From: Candidatus Parcubacteria bacterium
GTDB taxonomy: Bacteria; Patescibacteriota; Minisyncoccia; Minisyncoccales; JAGMDC01
Direction of reading: 5' to 3'
Assembly: GCA_023131895.1 (NCBI GenBank)
Contig: JAGLYZ010000004.1
Span: 29,895-93,894, forward strand
DNA: 64,000 bases
Positions 63,730-64,000 of this stretch are shown piece by piece (the first letter of the stretch is position 1; each line of letters starts with the position of its first letter). The position numbers were made by a program, and so were the translations under genes. The notes under the pieces were generated by a model. It had not been told where the DNA came from and ran no database searches. It was given only the letters and a program-made list of their open reading frames with translations.

Positions 63730-64000
63730 ATGGAAAAATTAAATCCTAAAGTAGTTTGGATATTCTTTGTTCGATTTTTGTTTGCAGGATTGTTTATTGC
63801 TATTATTTTTTTCTGGATGTGGATTCCATTGATATTGGCAGGGGGAATACTATCCGGTAAAGTTTTTCTTTTTCCTGTTGCTGTTTTTATGTTCTATGTT
63901 CTTTTCTGCTATGCTTGGGCAAAGCTCACTTATCGTTTCTGGCTTTACGATATTACTGAAGACACGTTTAAAATGGAGCATGGAGTAATCTGGAAAAGAT
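63730..64000 (+). CDS. Membrane protein with bacterial PH (YdbS/YdbT-like) domain; 5' part only, truncated by the window end
   Basis: Two TM helices followed by YRFWLYDITEDTFKMEHGVIWKR, typical of the bPH_2 N-terminus. Confidence 0.55.
   Translation, partial: MEKLNPKVVWIFFVRFLFAGLFIAIIFFWMWIPLILAGGILSGKVFLFPVAVFMFYVLFCYAWAKLTYRFWLYDITEDTFKMEHGVIWKR

Overview
AT-rich, gene-dense bacterial window. The gene content is consistent with a reduced-genome CPR/Patescibacteria-type organism; this is an inference, since no similarity search was run. All product names come from motifs recognised by eye in the supplied translations. First 15 kb: a competence-type type IV pilus locus (comFC, pilM, pilN/O-like, pilB, receiver domain, pilT, pilC, two major-pilin-like genes, pilD, four minor pilins). 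The remainder is mostly housekeeping: ligA, ftsW/rodA, gyrA, tsaD, recG, rplS, ftsH, rpsA, rpoB, rpoC, ftsK, recA, rpsF-ssb-rpsR, RNase J, secG, groES/groEL, lemA-htpX. There are seven tRNAs, and TAG and TGA are both used as stops (standard code). The main interest is in repeats. (1) A 63-69 nt palindromic element has conserved arms (CACCCTGTTAAAT / ATTTAACAGGGT) and two inner hairpins that keep pairing while their sequences differ. There are 7 copies: 5 in-frame inside tsaD (x3), gyrA and a cupin PGI-like gene, and 2 intergenic. This resembles Rickettsia palindromic elements. (2) A REP hairpin family lies around a RAYT-like Y1 transposase gene, with a REP pair in-frame in a cell-wall enzyme gene. 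(3) Phased 8-nt repeat arrays place a ladder of ATGs upstream of pilB, ftsK, groES and two minor pilin genes, and in four of these the gene start is the last rung. Other notable items are a PilX_N/beta-propeller minor pilin and a VirB2/T4SS-pilin-like trio with one member fused to a roughly 38-Cys ectodomain. There is also an inverted-repeat-flanked Cys-rich gene beside tRNA-Leu, a LAGLIDADG-like gene beside a duplicated tRNA 5' stub, two pseudogenes and a GC-rich structured intergenic RNA candidate. No CRISPR array or rRNA is present.
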